Source: a virus. From it: a stretch of DNA of 64,000 nt. Position numbers and translations under genes: made by a program. Each line of letters starts with the position of its first letter. Positions within the stretch are counted from its first letter, which is position 1. Below the pieces are notes generated by a model that saw only the letters and a list, made by a program, of their open reading frames with translations, did not search any database and was not told where the DNA came from. The stretch spans positions 2,784 through 66,783 of the IMG/VR virus record IMGVR_UViG_3300021185_001264; one strand, given 5' to 3'. Below, piece after piece: positions 50,079 through 59,571 of this stretch.

Positions 50079-50148
50079 TCACTTTCTCCTTGCTTGCAGT
50101 ATTTACCACTGCGCTCACAAAGTACAAGCGGAATTGCTCGCACATAAT

Positions 50149-50835
50149 TTATTTAATTTCTGGAAATAACGATTCTGATATGAATGCATCGACATCATCC
50201 GAATCAAGACCCAAACTTTTCATCACATTTGGGGTATGTGGATTCATCTTCTGATGCTCTGCATAATAGTTTTGCGATGCTTTGCCTAAATCACTGTCAG
50301 CGTATCCGTTATACTTACCAATGTTTTTCTTGTAGTAACACAGACCTTCTTTGGCAACCTTACATATCTGATCGATCTCTGCTGGTTCTTTGACCATACC
50401 AGCGGCAATCATGCTATCACTGAAGATTGCTTTTGCCCATGGCGGCAGTTCTCGTTCTCTTTTCCATTGTAATGGTTTGGCAATTGTTGCGAAGTGTTCC
50501 ATCATAGGATGTTCTGAATTAGACGTAGAAGAGAAATCATAAAATGCACCTGTCATCTTATTGGCACCTGCAATCACATCAAACCCGTATATTGGTCCGT
50601 CATTATGTGTATGAGGAAAGACACATACATGCATCATCCACAGCTTCTTCTCTTCACGCATATCGACCACATCAATGTGTGCCCTACGATAATTGTTATT
50701 TGACCATACTCTGTTTACCCAACCAGGCTGATTGAATCTATCCATACCAGGCTCACGTATTTCAGTAGCATCTGATGATAGCTGTTCGATTAGATTGTTT
50801 TGAAGATCAATCAAACTATTCCATATAATAGACAT
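50149..50835 (-). CDS. pcyX: Ferredoxin-dependent bilin reductase, PcyX-like
   Basis: W.NRVW....YRRAHIDVVD....LWMMHVC.FP......PI.GFDVIAG..K.TGAF.DFS, RELPPWA..IFS, Q..Y...QK.NPHT..VM.SLG; adjacent to a heme oxygenase. Confidence 0.85.
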   Translation of the reverse strand: MSIIWNSLIDLQNNLIEQLSSDATEIREPGMDRFNQPGWVNRVWSNNNYRRAHIDVVDMREEKKLWMMHVCVFPHTHNDGPIYGFDVIAGANKMTGAFYDFSSTSNSEHPMMEHFATIAKPLQWKRERELPPWAKAIFSDSMIAAGMVKEPAEIDQICKVAKEGLCYYKKNIGKYNGYADSDLGKASQNYYAEHQKMNPHTPNVMKSLGLDSDDVDAFISESLFPEIK

Positions 50836-50981
50836 TACAGCACCGTTGCTCCGACTACTGTCGTAACTATTATTAAGACGTATAAACCATACATCATTAT
50901 ACTTAATTTTTCAAGTCTTTTCTGTCTCTCTCCAAAAGCAACCATCAATCTTTCGAATGATTCATCCAATTCGCTCTTCAT
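50835..50981 (-). CDS. 48-aa membrane peptide between hemO and pcyX
   Basis: MKSELDESFERL...YGLYVLIIVTTVVGATVL; GAGGAG upstream of the ATG at 50981; stop overlaps the pcyX start. Confidence 0.55.
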   Translation of the reverse strand: MKSELDESFERLMVAFGERQKRLEKLSIMMYGLYVLIIVTTVVGATVL

Positions 50982-51519
50982 GCAATAACTCCTCAAATAG
51001 TCTAATCGCAAATGCAAAGCATTTATTTGCTTCATCTGCCATATTATCATTCAACAACAGTCGAACATTCTGCTTCATCTCTTCTTTGTTTTCAAACTGA
51101 TACATGGTACCACTACCAGGAACACGTTTTGCAATGATAGCACCACCGTACATATCTCCAAAGTGTCTTACATATAAGTGCGAGATGATTCCGTCTACGT
51201 CTTCGTTCATTAAAAGGTTTTCAATGTGTCCGACATATTCTTGGGTTGACTTGCATATGAGTTCGCTATAGGTAAATCCGTAGATTTCCTCAAGTTCATG
51301 CATGTCATCTATGATCTTTTTTGCCCTAAAAATTGACCTGAACTCTTCTGGAAATGCGAGTTCACGCAACGCTGATTCGAGAACAACGTAGTTCTGGGAC
51401 TGATTGATTAAGTATCTGTAATATAGAAAGGGATCAATATTACCACTGAGTAATATCTTGGCAAAATCTTTACGTTCTGCTGATCTATGGTTTTCTGCCG
51501 TTAGCTGTTTTAAATTCAA
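50962..51519 (-). CDS. hemO: Heme oxygenase (biliverdin-forming)
   Basis: LKQLTAENHRSAE (proximal His) and HLYVRHFGDMYGG motifs; TTG start with GGAG RBS. Confidence 0.9.
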   Translation of the reverse strand: MNLKQLTAENHRSAERKDFAKILLSGNIDPFLYYRYLINQSQNYVVLESALRELAFPEEFRSIFRAKKIIDDMHELEEIYGFTYSELICKSTQEYVGHIENLLMNEDVDGIISHLYVRHFGDMYGGAIIAKRVPGSGTMYQFENKEEMKQNVRLLLNDNMADEANKCFAFAIRLFEELLHEERIG

Positions 51520-51576
51520 TTTTCATCTCCAATTCAAAATATGTACATTGTTCTGTACATATCATATATCTCATAT

Positions 51577-52275
51577 TTATCTAGTCTTTTTAGCCTTCTC
51601 AGATTTAATCCATCTCTTGGCTACAGCATTATCTGGTTCTGCATTCACAAACTTGGTGATCTCTCTATAGGCACGGGTAGTTTCTTTTTGATAGTCTTTG
51701 CCTTCAGAGTTATCTACAACAGTAAACTTTTGCTTTCCGAACATAGTCTGAAAAGAACCAATATTCTTTTGAACTGTAGTCCAGTACTTTTCTACTTCAT
51801 CAGCAGGCAGTGTTCTTGCTCTCGCTTTGTTACGTGCTTGTGCTGTGGCTAAGTCAGTGTTAACGAAAATCATTGCAACATCGTAACCTAGCTTTTTGAG
51901 TTCTTTTGCTTGGTTTGTCAGCTTTGCTGTGTCTTTACCTGTACCATCGATACATAGACCTAAACGACCTTTTATGTACATCGCTTGCTTAGTCGCTGTC
52001 AGCTTCTTGGCTTTGCCTCGTAACTCTTGACCTTTAACGGAGAAGATGTTATCCGGATCCATTTCCATACCAGCTTTCTTCATAGCTGATTCAAATGCAT
52101 CGTCTGAGTTCACAACCTTAAATCCAAGTGCTGGAAGTCCAGTTTTGCCTACAATGAATGATTTGCCAGAGCCAGGTCCACCGGCTAAGAATACTGCTTT
52201 GAAGATTGCAGGATCATTAACGCCTTCTTCGATTTGTTTTAGTTCTTCTTTAAGATAGTTTTCAAACGATAACAC
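51577..52275 (-). CDS. P-loop kinase (zeta-toxin/AAA_33-like)
   Basis: AVFLAGGPGSGKS Walker A, NSDD, IDGTG, RN..R.R; TATAAATA late promoter at 52309-52316. Confidence 0.8.
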   Translation of the reverse strand: MLSFENYLKEELKQIEEGVNDPAIFKAVFLAGGPGSGKSFIVGKTGLPALGFKVVNSDDAFESAMKKAGMEMDPDNIFSVKGQELRGKAKKLTATKQAMYIKGRLGLCIDGTGKDTAKLTNQAKELKKLGYDVAMIFVNTDLATAQARNKARARTLPADEVEKYWTTVQKNIGSFQTMFGKQKFTVVDNSEGKDYQKETTRAYREITKFVNAEPDNAVAKRWIKSEKAKKTR

Positions 52276-52307
52276 TTTACGGTTCCTTATGAATATGTCT
52301 AATAATC

Positions 52308-52865
52308 TTATTTATAAAAAATGTGAGACTCAATTCTGCTAGTTTTACTATATGCTTTAGACCAATAAGGATTAACATATGATGCATGATACATCGTGGC
52401 GCCGTCCGTAATGTCTCGTTCAATGCCATAGTTTTTCATTACCCACTCAGCGTTATACATCGCTTCTTTAAATTTTACTTTATCGTGAGGAGTATCGTTC
52501 TTACCGTCACAGTACCAAGAGAATTGGCACTTATTACGAATAGGATTACCTCTGCTGTTTAAGTGAGACTGATACACTACATCACATATCGTATCTGGAT
52601 ACTTTTCGCTGTAGACACGATTCATTGTAACCATGCCTACTGCTTCTTGTCCTAGAGTAGAATCACTTCTTGCTTCATGGTAGATATTAAGAGCCATACA
52701 TTGTAACTGCTCCTGATACTGTAGGTCTGCAATCTCTGCTTCTATTACTGCATTACGTTCAATGGCAGCCTGTTCTTGTGCTTTAAGTTCTTCGACAGTT
52801 AATATCGTAACAGCCACTATGGTTATTAAGGATAACGATCCTGTAAGAATACTCGATAGTTTCAT
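52308..52865 (-). CDS. Cell wall hydrolase, SleB/Hydrolase_2 family
   Basis: CMALNIYHEAR....GQ.AV..V..NRV....P.TIC.VV.Q...CQFSWYCDG...DITDGA..YHA.YV.P.W...HIFY; N-terminal TM anchor. Confidence 0.9.
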   Translation of the reverse strand: MKLSSILTGSLSLITIVAVTILTVEELKAQEQAAIERNAVIEAEIADLQYQEQLQCMALNIYHEARSDSTLGQEAVGMVTMNRVYSEKYPDTICDVVYQSHLNSRGNPIRNKCQFSWYCDGKNDTPHDKVKFKEAMYNAEWVMKNYGIERDITDGATMYHASYVNPYWSKAYSKTSRIESHIFYK

Positions 52866-52910
52866 AAACTTGCCTCATACTTCTAAGTGTTTTATCAATC
52901 TTATAAAGTC

Positions 52911-52938
52911 ATTATACACCATTAAAAGTATATGTCAA
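52911..52938 (-). promoter_or_regulatory. Sigma70-type promoter
   Basis: TTGACA-N16-TATAAT on -, upstream of the SleB-like gene. Confidence 0.65.
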
Positions 52939-52961
52939 GTCTTTTCTCACTCAATTCTGCT

Positions 52962-55013
52962 TTATTTAGTCGTTGGGCGATACACTCCATCCCAATCTTT
53001 AGGCAGTTCTCTAGTCTTCATCTCTTTGCATCGATCAATCCATACGTCATAATATCCGTCCATAGTGCCTAAAAAGCACCCCTTTAAGTCATCACAGAAC
53101 TTGATTGCCATGTCAAATTTCTGCATTCGATATAAATCTAGCATCTTTATGTGCTGTTTAGTTTCAAATACATATGCAGAGTTTTCATTCCACCAAGAGT
53201 GTTCTCCTAGAACAGTGAAAATTCGTACACCTTCGTTCTTGCCCTTTACAGCAATACAGTCTAGTTCAAGTGTGGCAAATACATCATCGATCTCTTTTGC
53301 CGTCTCTTCTCCAATAATAGTTTTCACGCCATATCCTTTCGTTTGTCCTTCGAGTCTGGCTGCCAAATTCACTGCATCTCCTAACACAGAGTAGTCGAAC
53401 CTTTGCTCAGACCCCATATTACCAACAACGACTGCGCCGCTATTGATTCCTACGCCTATATTTATTGGTAACAAACCGTCACTCTCTAACTCAGCATTTA
53501 GGACTTCTAATGCTTCGTACATTTGTACGGACGTCAAACACGCTTTTCTTTCTTGCTCTTCTACATCAAGAGGAGCATTCCAGAAAGCCATAATACAATC
53601 GCCCATATACTTGTCAATAGTACCCTCATTCTCCATAATGATATTAGTCATAGGAGTTAAGAATCTATTCACAAGTTCTGTCAGACCCTGTGGATCCGTC
53701 TTATATTGCTCTGAGATGGGTGTAAATCCACGTATATCACAGAACAAAAATGTCATATGTTTAGTCTCTCCACCGAGTTGCAGTAACTCAGGATTCTTTT
53801 GTAGTTTTTCTACCATAGGTGCTGATAGATATGTGCCAAACTGTTTCTTAATTCGCATCTTGGCGAAGTACTCTTGCCCGTATTTGACTCCATACACGTG
53901 AGCAAACACTAGTATAGCCATCGCACCTTGCATCATTATGATATATAATTCTGCATAATTGTTGAACCAGTATATAGGAAAGTATATCGATGATCCGATC
54001 AGCAATAGCGGTGGTACCCAACCAAATCTCACATAACTCAATCCAACTATTAGTATACCTAATCCTAGAATAGTTGCAAGTTTAGCAAAATCAGCAAGAG
54101 GTGGAGTTACGATGTTGTATTGGTTTTTGACTGAGGTAAATGCTCTTGCAGTTACATCATGTCCATATGCGGCACCTGATGCTGTCGGCACTGGGTTAGA
54201 TATTCCGTCTGCTGTTACACCCACGAATACTGTTGCACCTTTTAAATCGTCAAACTCTGTAGTTAGATCGTATCGTTTAAAGTCATAGTTTGGATTTATC
54301 CATATACGGCTTATTGGATCTGTATTGATTGTAGGAAATCCTTTGACACGAACTGCCTGTACTCCAAACTCATTGCTCTTAACCTGAAACGTATTTGACC
54401 CAGTGTATGCCTTGAATATCTCTAAGATGATTGATGGGTAGAGTTTATCTTGTACGCCAGCAATCATAGGTAATCTTCGAACTACTCCGTCAATCTCAGG
54501 CAATGTGTTTGCAATGCCTATGCCAGTAGCGGCATTTTCATACTTCTCTAAGTTTGCGGCTATGCCAGGATAATTGTAAATATAATCCAAAGCATCACCA
54601 CCAACCTGTACAATAGCTGTACTGTATGCGGATCTATTCTGAGCCTTATTGCTAGGGAAGTGAGAAAGAATGACTCCGTTCGGAAGCATGAGCGTGAAGC
54701 CTTCGTCTTCACCTGTTCGATCTTCTTCTGGAAATGATAGATTAAATACGATAACACCTGCATTCGCTTGACGCAATCTGAGGATTAAATCCCCATAAAT
54801 GTTTCTTGGTAGTGGGTATTGTCCATGTACTTCTAAAGTCTTCTCCGAGATGTCTACGAGAACGACATCCTCAATGAATTGCTTTTCCTTTACGATCAAC
54901 TGGTCACTGATTCTCAGATCAATGCTCTGAAGCAGTGTAGGATTTAATATTGTTAGCCACGTTAGAGTTAACGTAGTGATGATAGCGAATAATGGCGAAA
55001 GCAGTATTTTCAT
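52962..55013 (-). CDS. CHASE2-domain membrane adenylate/guanylate cyclase (class III)
   Basis: CHASE2 motifs (VVLVDISE..L...GQYPLPR, DGVVRRLP, VFVG.TA.G), three TM helices, then FCDIRGFT, DKYMGDCIMAFW, GDAVNLAARLE. Confidence 0.92.
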   Translation of the reverse strand: MKILLSPLFAIITTLTLTWLTILNPTLLQSIDLRISDQLIVKEKQFIEDVVLVDISEKTLEVHGQYPLPRNIYGDLILRLRQANAGVIVFNLSFPEEDRTGEDEGFTLMLPNGVILSHFPSNKAQNRSAYSTAIVQVGGDALDYIYNYPGIAANLEKYENAATGIGIANTLPEIDGVVRRLPMIAGVQDKLYPSIILEIFKAYTGSNTFQVKSNEFGVQAVRVKGFPTINTDPISRIWINPNYDFKRYDLTTEFDDLKGATVFVGVTADGISNPVPTASGAAYGHDVTARAFTSVKNQYNIVTPPLADFAKLATILGLGILIVGLSYVRFGWVPPLLLIGSSIYFPIYWFNNYAELYIIMMQGAMAILVFAHVYGVKYGQEYFAKMRIKKQFGTYLSAPMVEKLQKNPELLQLGGETKHMTFLFCDIRGFTPISEQYKTDPQGLTELVNRFLTPMTNIIMENEGTIDKYMGDCIMAFWNAPLDVEEQERKACLTSVQMYEALEVLNAELESDGLLPINIGVGINSGAVVVGNMGSEQRFDYSVLGDAVNLAARLEGQTKGYGVKTIIGEETAKEIDDVFATLELDCIAVKGKNEGVRIFTVLGEHSWWNENSAYVFETKQHIKMLDLYRMQKFDMAIKFCDDLKGCFLGTMDGYYDVWIDRCKEMKTRELPKDWDGVYRPTTK

Positions 55014-55038
55014 CTTGAACCTCTCAAGTCGTTACATA

Positions 55039-55203
55039 CTATTTATCAATCTTTACACGAGGTCTCCAGTGTGGATTTTCGACATATTCTAGCTTTTTCG
55101 TTGGTCTGTACATGAACTCTCCATTGTCCATTTTTAGCTTCTCGACCTTTCCAGTGTTTACCCACTTTGATGTCCAACAGACTACAGGAGATTTCTTAGT
55201 CAT
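55039..55203 (-). CDS. 54-aa hypothetical protein (not in the ORF track)
   Basis: MTKKSPVVCWTSKWVNTGKVEKLKMDNGEFMYRPTKKLEYVENPHWRPRVKIDK; fills the gap and overlaps the upstream stop. Confidence 0.5.
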   Translation of the reverse strand: MTKKSPVVCWTSKWVNTGKVEKLKMDNGEFMYRPTKKLEYVENPHWRPRVKIDK

Positions 55204-56488
55204 TTTGATATATCGTTAAGTTGCAACCACCGGTGGCATTACATGTACCATTCACGCCAGAACCGTCTGTCATGGTATGTGGTAAAGTGTATGTTTTATT
55301 AGATGCTCCTGCTTGATTTAGTTCGAAGTTCCAAGGCTCTGATCCATCTAGTGCAATTGTGGCTTCGTGGTCTCCACTTCCAGACTGAACCACATCAACC
55401 TCATGACTGTCTCCCTCGACATCTAAGTCTAAGTAATGACTGCCTGAACCAGTCTGACTGACTAGTACATCGTTTAAATCTCCATCAATACGTACAAACG
55501 CTCCTTTGTCTCCACTGCCTTTTTGTATAAGATCAAATTCATTGCTGTCACCTAGAATAGCGATTTCGGTATACCCATGAGCGCCTAGATCCATGTCTTG
55601 ATCAATGTCGATAGCGTTGGTATTCCCTAGTATCGATAGTAATACGTAACTGGGACCACCTGCTTGCTCTATGAATATGTCATTACTAGAACCGTCAATG
55701 TCCATTTCAATAGTGTTTCCTTGTCCGTTGTCTGCCAGTACTTGAGCGGCGGCCACTCTCGTTGCTTGTGCTGTTGTTAGTCCTGAAGATCCATATACTG
55801 GAGTAGGAGCAGAAGTTGTAGTAGATGATGCTAAGAAATTTCCCATGTTATCTGCGTAAGTGTGTGTTGACGTTAACTGTCCGTATCCAAACGTCACAAT
55901 TACCATTCCATCTCCATAATCCCATACGTACCAACTATACCAAGTTGACGTTGAACTATTTGCGGCCATTCCTTCACCACCGCTTGCTGTGAATAGGTAA
56001 TCTGGACCTGGCAGAACGTTTTCACTTGAGGTGCTTGACGCATAATCTCCAATTGCCACTGAGCCGTAGCAATTATTACATCCGTTTGATAGAGATATGC
56101 TTCCCACGCTCATCACGTTTTCTATAAGAGATTCGATATTACCGATTCTATTCGTTGCACCATTAGGTGCCGCAATGATTAGTGTTCCACCACCGTCAAC
56201 ATAGCTGTCGTATACGTTTCTACAGTTACTACCACAGTTTGACGTACCTGCTATATCAATAACCATGTCCATATTACTCACATCGTTTGAACTCACCGAT
56301 GTCGTATTACTGCCTGATACAGTCCAGCCTGCATCCTCTAATATACTTTTTAGGTTAGCGTAATGTGCGCTGGTAGCATTGGTATAATATATAAACACAC
56401 TATCTGCATAAGCATTTGTTGGAATGAATAGTAGTAATATGAGTGCTAAACTACTGAGACTGCGTAATATTGATGATAACATCGCCAC
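55196..56488 (-). CDS. Secreted protein with C-terminal curlin-like repeats
   Basis: Signal peptide (AYA), globular N-domain, Ser/Thr/Pro linker, then repeats such as GDSNEFDLIQKGSG, GDLNDVLVSQTGSG, GDSHEVDVVQSGSG. Start uncertain. Confidence 0.75.
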   Translation of the reverse strand: MAMLSSILRSLSSLALILLLFIPTNAYADSVFIYYTNATSAHYANLKSILEDAGWTVSGSNTTSVSSNDVSNMDMVIDIAGTSNCGSNCRNVYDSYVDGGGTLIIAAPNGATNRIGNIESLIENVMSVGSISLSNGCNNCYGSVAIGDYASSTSSENVLPGPDYLFTASGGEGMAANSSTSTWYSWYVWDYGDGMVIVTFGYGQLTSTHTYADNMGNFLASSTTTSAPTPVYGSSGLTTAQATRVAAAQVLADNGQGNTIEMDIDGSSNDIFIEQAGGPSYVLLSILGNTNAIDIDQDMDLGAHGYTEIAILGDSNEFDLIQKGSGDKGAFVRIDGDLNDVLVSQTGSGSHYLDLDVEGDSHEVDVVQSGSGDHEATIALDGSEPWNFELNQAGASNKTYTLPHTMTDGSGVNGTCNATGGCNLTIYQND

Positions 56489-57557
56489 CTCCGTTTAGTG
56501 TGATCAGTGCTGGCACCGCATCTTTGTACATATTTACTTCTCCGTCGGTATCTCTAGTAGTCGTGACACTTGTGATGTGTGTCGAACTTTCACTAAAAAC
56601 ACCAATTGTTTCTTCATCATAGTATGCCTGTACGATATCTCTATACTGATTATATGTAGGCAACACTGGATCTATTTCTAACTGTTCACCTCGCAACATT
56701 GCGGTGGCATCTAAAATGTTTACAAGAAAATCGATGTCTAGTCGGTTGATGTCGAGTTCTAGAAATTCTAATTTATCTTCTTCCAAATTATCGTCATTAA
56801 GTTCTGAGTATTCTAGTAGGTCACTGTCCAAATATTCTGAAGCTTCAGCTTGTGCGATATATCCTACACCCTTCAACTCATCAGGTGGTGCAATGATTAG
56901 CATATTGTCAATACCTCGACCGTCAAGATCAATAATCATGGGCTTCGATGGTAATGACATTCCATCAGACACTAGTGTTGCTTGAAAAGCTTGATTGAGT
57001 ATTACCATACCAATATCAGTCGCTACCTCGATTTCTCCTGTCCAACATGGATCACCATTTGAGGGACAAGTAGGAAGAAGTATTACTAGACTCCTGCCTA
57101 ATTCGTCTACCGTCATAGTAAAATCTGTTCCTCTTACCGATATAGTAGCAGTGGGTGTTCTAAGTTTGACATTTTCTCTAGAATTTGCGGCAATGGCACC
57201 AGAAGAATATCTCACTGTTCCCAGTGCAACATTCATAGCAAGTTTGCCTGTTCCCGCATTGGGATCGTAAATGAAGTCATCAATCACTAGCGTACTTTGC
57301 TCAGATATGCTTACCTTAGTATCATCTTCAAAAGTAAGACCCATTTTGGTCTTAGCTGTAGATATCTCATCATTCATTGAGATGCCAACACCTTTACGAG
57401 ATTCGATTATCTCGCTTTCACCTCTTTTTATCTGTGCGGCATTACCAGTTTGCTCAGTAACGCTTCCTACTTCATCCACACTAGCACTAGCAAATGTGTT
57501 TAGTGTAATCAATAAAAGTGATAGTAAAACACTAGTTCTGTTTAATGTCAATGACAT
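56451..57557 (-). CDS. FecR-domain periplasmic protein
   Basis: Signal/anchor, then D.I.T.....LTFEDDT.V.I.E.S.L.I..F and LRTPTATISVRGT.F motifs. Confidence 0.8.
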   Translation of the reverse strand: MSLTLNRTSVLLSLLLITLNTFASASVDEVGSVTEQTGNAAQIKRGESEIIESRKGVGISMNDEISTAKTKMGLTFEDDTKVSISEQSTLVIDDFIYDPNAGTGKLAMNVALGTVRYSSGAIAANSRENVKLRTPTATISVRGTDFTMTVDELGRSLVILLPTCPSNGDPCWTGEIEVATDIGMVILNQAFQATLVSDGMSLPSKPMIIDLDGRGIDNMLIIAPPDELKGVGYIAQAEASEYLDSDLLEYSELNDDNLEEDKLEFLELDINRLDIDFLVNILDATAMLRGEQLEIDPVLPTYNQYRDIVQAYYDEETIGVFSESSTHITSVTTTRDTDGEVNMYKDAVPALITLNGGGDVIINITQSQ

Positions 57558-58221
57558 TACTGTTGCCGTCTACTGTCATAGTAATTTTAGGCGAATCGTT
57601 ACCGTCTTGCAATATATCAATACTATTGAAACTACTTGAAGCTGTGCCACCTACCGTAATAGTGTTAACAGCATCAGCGGCATCCAACTCCATATTAATT
57701 GAGTTGTAGTCACCATTTGCAACGATAGTAGTTTTGGTATCCACTACAGCAACTTCAGTTGTACAGCCAGCAATAGTTCCAGATTGTGTTACTGAACTAC
57801 CACTACCACTTACAGTACCAGTAGTAGCCTTTCCGCTGCCGTCGTTAGTTCCACAGACAGTTACTAAGTTACTATCACCAGTTATTGTTGAAGTGATTTC
57901 AGTGCCAGTAGAGGCAATACCTATTACCGTTTCGTTACTGTCACCAGTATTGACGATTGCAATATCTGTGTCATTGGATCCAGCGGCAGTAGATATGTCT
58001 GTCTTGTTGCTGTTACCTGTTTGAGTGATATCAATATCTTGGCTGTTACCTGTTAATGTTGTTGCCGTAGTTGAATTACCAACTAAGTTGCCATTTCCTG
58101 TTTGGACAATGTCAATAGTAGATGAACTACCAGCCTGATCTATATACACATCACTAGCAAACGCTGGCGCTGTGATTGCACTTAATAGTGCTAAAATTAA
58201 AAGTTTCTTATTAAAACTCAT
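57532..58221 (-). CDS. Curlin-like (CsgA/CsgB-type) secreted repeat protein
   Basis: Signal peptide (AFA) and repeats YIDQAGSSS, IVQTGNGN, ITQTGNSN, ILQDGND; directly after csgG. Confidence 0.75.
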   Translation of the reverse strand: MSFNKKLLILALLSAITAPAFASDVYIDQAGSSSTIDIVQTGNGNLVGNSTTATTLTGNSQDIDITQTGNSNKTDISTAAGSNDTDIAIVNTGDSNETVIGIASTGTEITSTITGDSNLVTVCGTNDGSGKATTGTVSGSGSSVTQSGTIAGCTTEVAVVDTKTTIVANGDYNSINMELDAADAVNTITVGGTASSSFNSIDILQDGNDSPKITMTVDGNSNVIDIKQN

Positions 58222-58303
58222 ATTACTTTCCCTTAAATGTCCACCTGGACTTATTTGTTATGTTAAATTATTCTCCTCTTTTTTCCATATCAAAACAAAA
58301 ATG

Positions 58304-59092
58304 CTATTTAACGAAGTCCCAGTATCCTTTTCTGGCACCTTCTTTAATTAACTCTACAACCGATTGCTCGATTGCTACTCTGACTGCGTAGTTTACAGGT
58401 TCATTGATAGTGTGTCCCATCTCTGCCTCTAAACTATTAGTTCCCATATCAAAAAATCTAAAAAATGTCATGGAGGTACCTGTGCTTATAATCGTCTTTG
58501 TTGTTGAGACACTTATTAACACTTCTCCTGACTGTACACTCACCATTCTCATAGTAATAGTTACGATGTCTTGACGATACTGAGTACTAGGACCAACTCC
58601 TAAATACCTTGCTCCTGCTCCTCCAGTCAAAACATTCGAATCATAACCTATGATGCCGCCTTCTACTAATACTCCAGCGAACAACATAGGTCTTAATGCT
58701 CTTTCATCTCCGACAGATGCTCTACTTTGTCTGATTATCTGCCGTTCTTTTGTTAAATTCTCTAGCCCTACTCTTTCTACTACCTGAAACCATTCACCAT
58801 TACCTACTTCTTGTAAAGCCTTAATCAGCCAAACTTCAGCACCTTGAGTTACCGCAGTACTTATATTTGCCATTCTTTCACTCGGCTTTCGTTGACCTGT
58901 TTTGTCTTCAAAGCCATACACTGCAACTACTGCTTTGCCTGTTGATGGCCCCTTTATAGTCAAAAACTCAGTATTCTCGTTTTTGATTACTTTAGCAGGT
59001 TCCGGCTCAGGCATAAATCCAAAGTCTTCAGTAAGTGTAGCACATCCGCTAGTCAGTAGCAAAAGTGCTGATATCATAAAAAAGTGTTTCAT
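58304..59092 (-). CDS. csgG: Curli secretion channel CsgG (lipoprotein)
   Basis: Lipobox LTSGC; AVY.F.DKTGQ.KP, STAVTQGA, WF.VVER.GL.NL..ERQIIR, EGGIIGYDSN..TGG.GARY.G, NEP...V. Confidence 0.93.
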   Translation of the reverse strand: MKHFFMISALLLLTSGCATLTEDFGFMPEPEPAKVIKNENTEFLTIKGPSTGKAVVAVYGFEDKTGQRKPSERMANISTAVTQGAEVWLIKALQEVGNGEWFQVVERVGLENLTKERQIIRQSRASVGDERALRPMLFAGVLVEGGIIGYDSNVLTGGAGARYLGVGPSTQYRQDIVTITMRMVSVQSGEVLISVSTTKTIISTGTSMTFFRFFDMGTNSLEAEMGHTINEPVNYAVRVAIEQSVVELIKEGARKGYWDFVK

Positions 59093-59571
59093 TAGAATGC
59101 AAAATCTCCAACTGGTACATCGAACTCAGAAATTATATCACCGTTTGAGTCCTTTATAGTTACATATATTCTTCCGTCTAGTCTCATCCATGATATCTCA
59201 TCGCCAAAAGGTGACTCTGCAATATACCATTCTCCGTCAACTGTTCCTTCACCTGTCTCACCAAAAAGTTGGTCCGCAATATTCTTAGATAGAGTAGCAT
59301 AAATTCTTGATTCCAGATTGTTCTGGAATTTGTATGCGTTAGTACTTTTACGTTCTCTCTCTAATCTGTCTTCCTCTGCTTTCGCCTCGTCCTTTAATTC
59401 CTTTTTTCTGTTTGCTTGTATTTGCTCAATGGTCAAAATGTGCGAACTGTATCCTTGACCGTTAAAGGCTGGGGACAAAAAGTCATGCGTCAACTCACTT
59501 GCGTTTACCAGATTTGGTATTAACATTACTGACAGTGTTAGTGTTAGTCCTTTCAATAGTCTCTTTTTCAT
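59092..59571 (-). CDS. csgF: Curli assembly component CsgF
   Basis: Signal peptide then ELT..F.SPAF.G.G......I.Q.Q and F..NL.SRI...LS; immediately upstream of csgG. Confidence 0.8.
   Translation of the reverse strand: MKKRLLKGLTLTLSVMLIPNLVNASELTHDFLSPAFNGQGYSSHILTIEQIQANRKKELKDEAKAEEDRLERERKSTNAYKFQNNLESRIYATLSKNIADQLFGETGEGTVDGEWYIAESPFGDEISWMRLDGRIYVTIKDSNGDIISEFDVPVGDFAF

Noticed and set aside
51577-52275. Zeta toxin of a toxin-antitoxin system
   Set aside because: Only a generic P-loop kinase signature, no adjacent antitoxin, and similar kinases are common in T4-like phages.
58222-58303. Small hairpin (GTCCA-GG-TGGAC) and 6-codon uORF before the curlin gene
   Set aside because: Too short to distinguish from chance.
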